A stretch of DNA of 50,236 bases. It comes from Actinomycetes bacterium (GTDB lineage Bacteria > Actinomycetota > Acidimicrobiia > Acidimicrobiales > Bog-793). Both the position numbers and the translations under genes were made by a program. Shown here in pieces: positions 49,327 through 50,236 of the stretch. Positions within the stretch are counted from its first letter, which is position 1, and each line of letters opens with the position of its first letter. The notes under the pieces were generated by a model. It saw only the letters and a program-made list of their open reading frames with translations. It made no database searches and had not been told where the DNA came from. Location of the stretch: assembly GCA_021797795.1 (NCBI GenBank), contig JAJZZB010000006.1, forward strand, positions 1 to 50,236, in the 5' to 3' direction.

Positions 49327-50236
49327 ATGGACGAGGGACAGGCGGGAGCCGGTCGATCTGGACGGAGGGTCTCGATCCGGTCAATCGGCGTTCGCCAGTG
49401 GCCAGCGCTCGCCCTCAGGGTGACGCGGGAGGCGGCACACGACAGAGTCACGCTCGTCGCCGCCAGCCTCGCCTTCCACGGCTTCCTCGCCCTCCTGCCG
49501 GTCATCATCGCAGTAGTCGGGCTGCTCGGCCTCGTCGGCGTCGGCGCCGGGGCGTTGCGCAGCCTGGTCCACGCCACGAGCGTCCTGCTCCCCCAGCAGA
49601 TGTCGAGCATCTTGAACGCCGAGCTGCGAAGGCCCCCGGGCGGTGGCCTGAGCGCCCTCGAAGTGGCACTCGGCTTCGGCGTCGCCCTCTGGAGCTCCGT
49701 CGAGGCGATGGCCGCACTCCAGCTCGCCCTCGACGTCGCCTATGAGACCGCGGGCGACCGGGGCTTTGTCCGTCGGCGCATCGCGGCCTTCCCGTTGATC
49801 GGCATCACGCTGCTGCTCGGCGGTGCAGCCTCGGTGCTGCTCGTCCTCGGGGGACGCCTCGGAGACCTCCTGCCGAGCGCCTTCGGAGGGGTGCTCCCGC
49901 CGCTTCGCTACGCCGGGTCACTCGTGCTCGTCGTCCTGCTCCTGTCCGGCTACTACCGACTCGGTCCGAGCACGGCGCGCTCTTCGTGGGAGTGGATCAG
50001 CCCGGGTGCCGGGGTGGCCGCGGTCGGGTGGATGCTCACCGCCCTGGGCTTCTCCTTCTACCTGGACCACTTCGGGCATGAGTCCCGGAGCTACGGCGCG
50101 CTGGCCGGGGCCGCGGTGACCCTGCTCTGGCTCTTCCTCACCGCCGTCATGGTCCTCTTCGGCGCCGAGATCAACCGGGAGCTCGAGCGGATGTGGGACC
50201 GAGTCCCTGGCGCACCCGCCCGACGAGCCGTCCCGC
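49327..50236 (+). CDS. Second YihY/BrkB family membrane protein (3' end runs off window)
   Basis: Manual translation from ATG 49327: DRVTLVAASLAFHGFLALLP, LDVAYE, WEWISPGA, FSFYL..FG...SYGALAG....LLWL, GAEINRELER. Confidence 0.92.
   Translation, partial: MDEGQAGAGRSGRRVSIRSIGVRQWPALALRVTREAAHDRVTLVAASLAFHGFLALLPVIIAVVGLLGLVGVGAGALRSLVHATSVLLPQQMSSILNAELRRPPGGGLSALEVALGFGVALWSSVEAMAALQLALDVAYETAGDRGFVRRRIAAFPLIGITLLLGGAASVLLVLGGRLGDLLPSAFGGVLPPLRYAGSLVLVVLLLSGYYRLGPSTARSSWEWISPGAGVAAVGWMLTALGFSFYLDHFGHESRSYGALAGAAVTLLWLFLTAVMVLFGAEINRELERMWDRVPGAPARRAVP

Overview
High-GC actinobacterial chromosome segment, probably class Acidimicrobiia (inferred from GYW-repeat surface protein and gene order). 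Left half (1-26.6 kb) is the conserved housekeeping block on the minus strand: tig-clpP-clpX-folC-ndk-mreBCD-mrdA-rne-rplU-rpmA-yqgE-obgE-proB-(hypothetical)-proA-MoxR/CoxE-phosphatase ... nadD. It is interrupted by a class II DAHP synthase, an F420 LLM oxidoreductase and a secreted double-propeller/GH25-like protein. rodA and valS are absent from their usual positions, and folC appears to start at CTG. Right half is accessory DNA between tRNA-Pro(TGG) and tRNA-Gly(TCC). Its centrepiece is a ~7.5 kb, 14-gene gas-vesicle-type operon: 2x SRPBCC, gvpA, DUF378, YtxH-like, second gvpA, gvpF-G-O-J-L, a fused gvpS-gvpK and two hypotheticals, with no gvpN or gvpC. It lies behind a PucR regulator and a SigB/SigF-type promoter, and similar promoters precede other stress-type genes nearby. 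There is also a frameshifted UbiE-like methyltransferase coupled to a UbiA-like membrane protein, and many leaderless genes. No CRISPR, rRNA, integrase or transposase was seen. All calls are by eye from motifs; no database searches were run.
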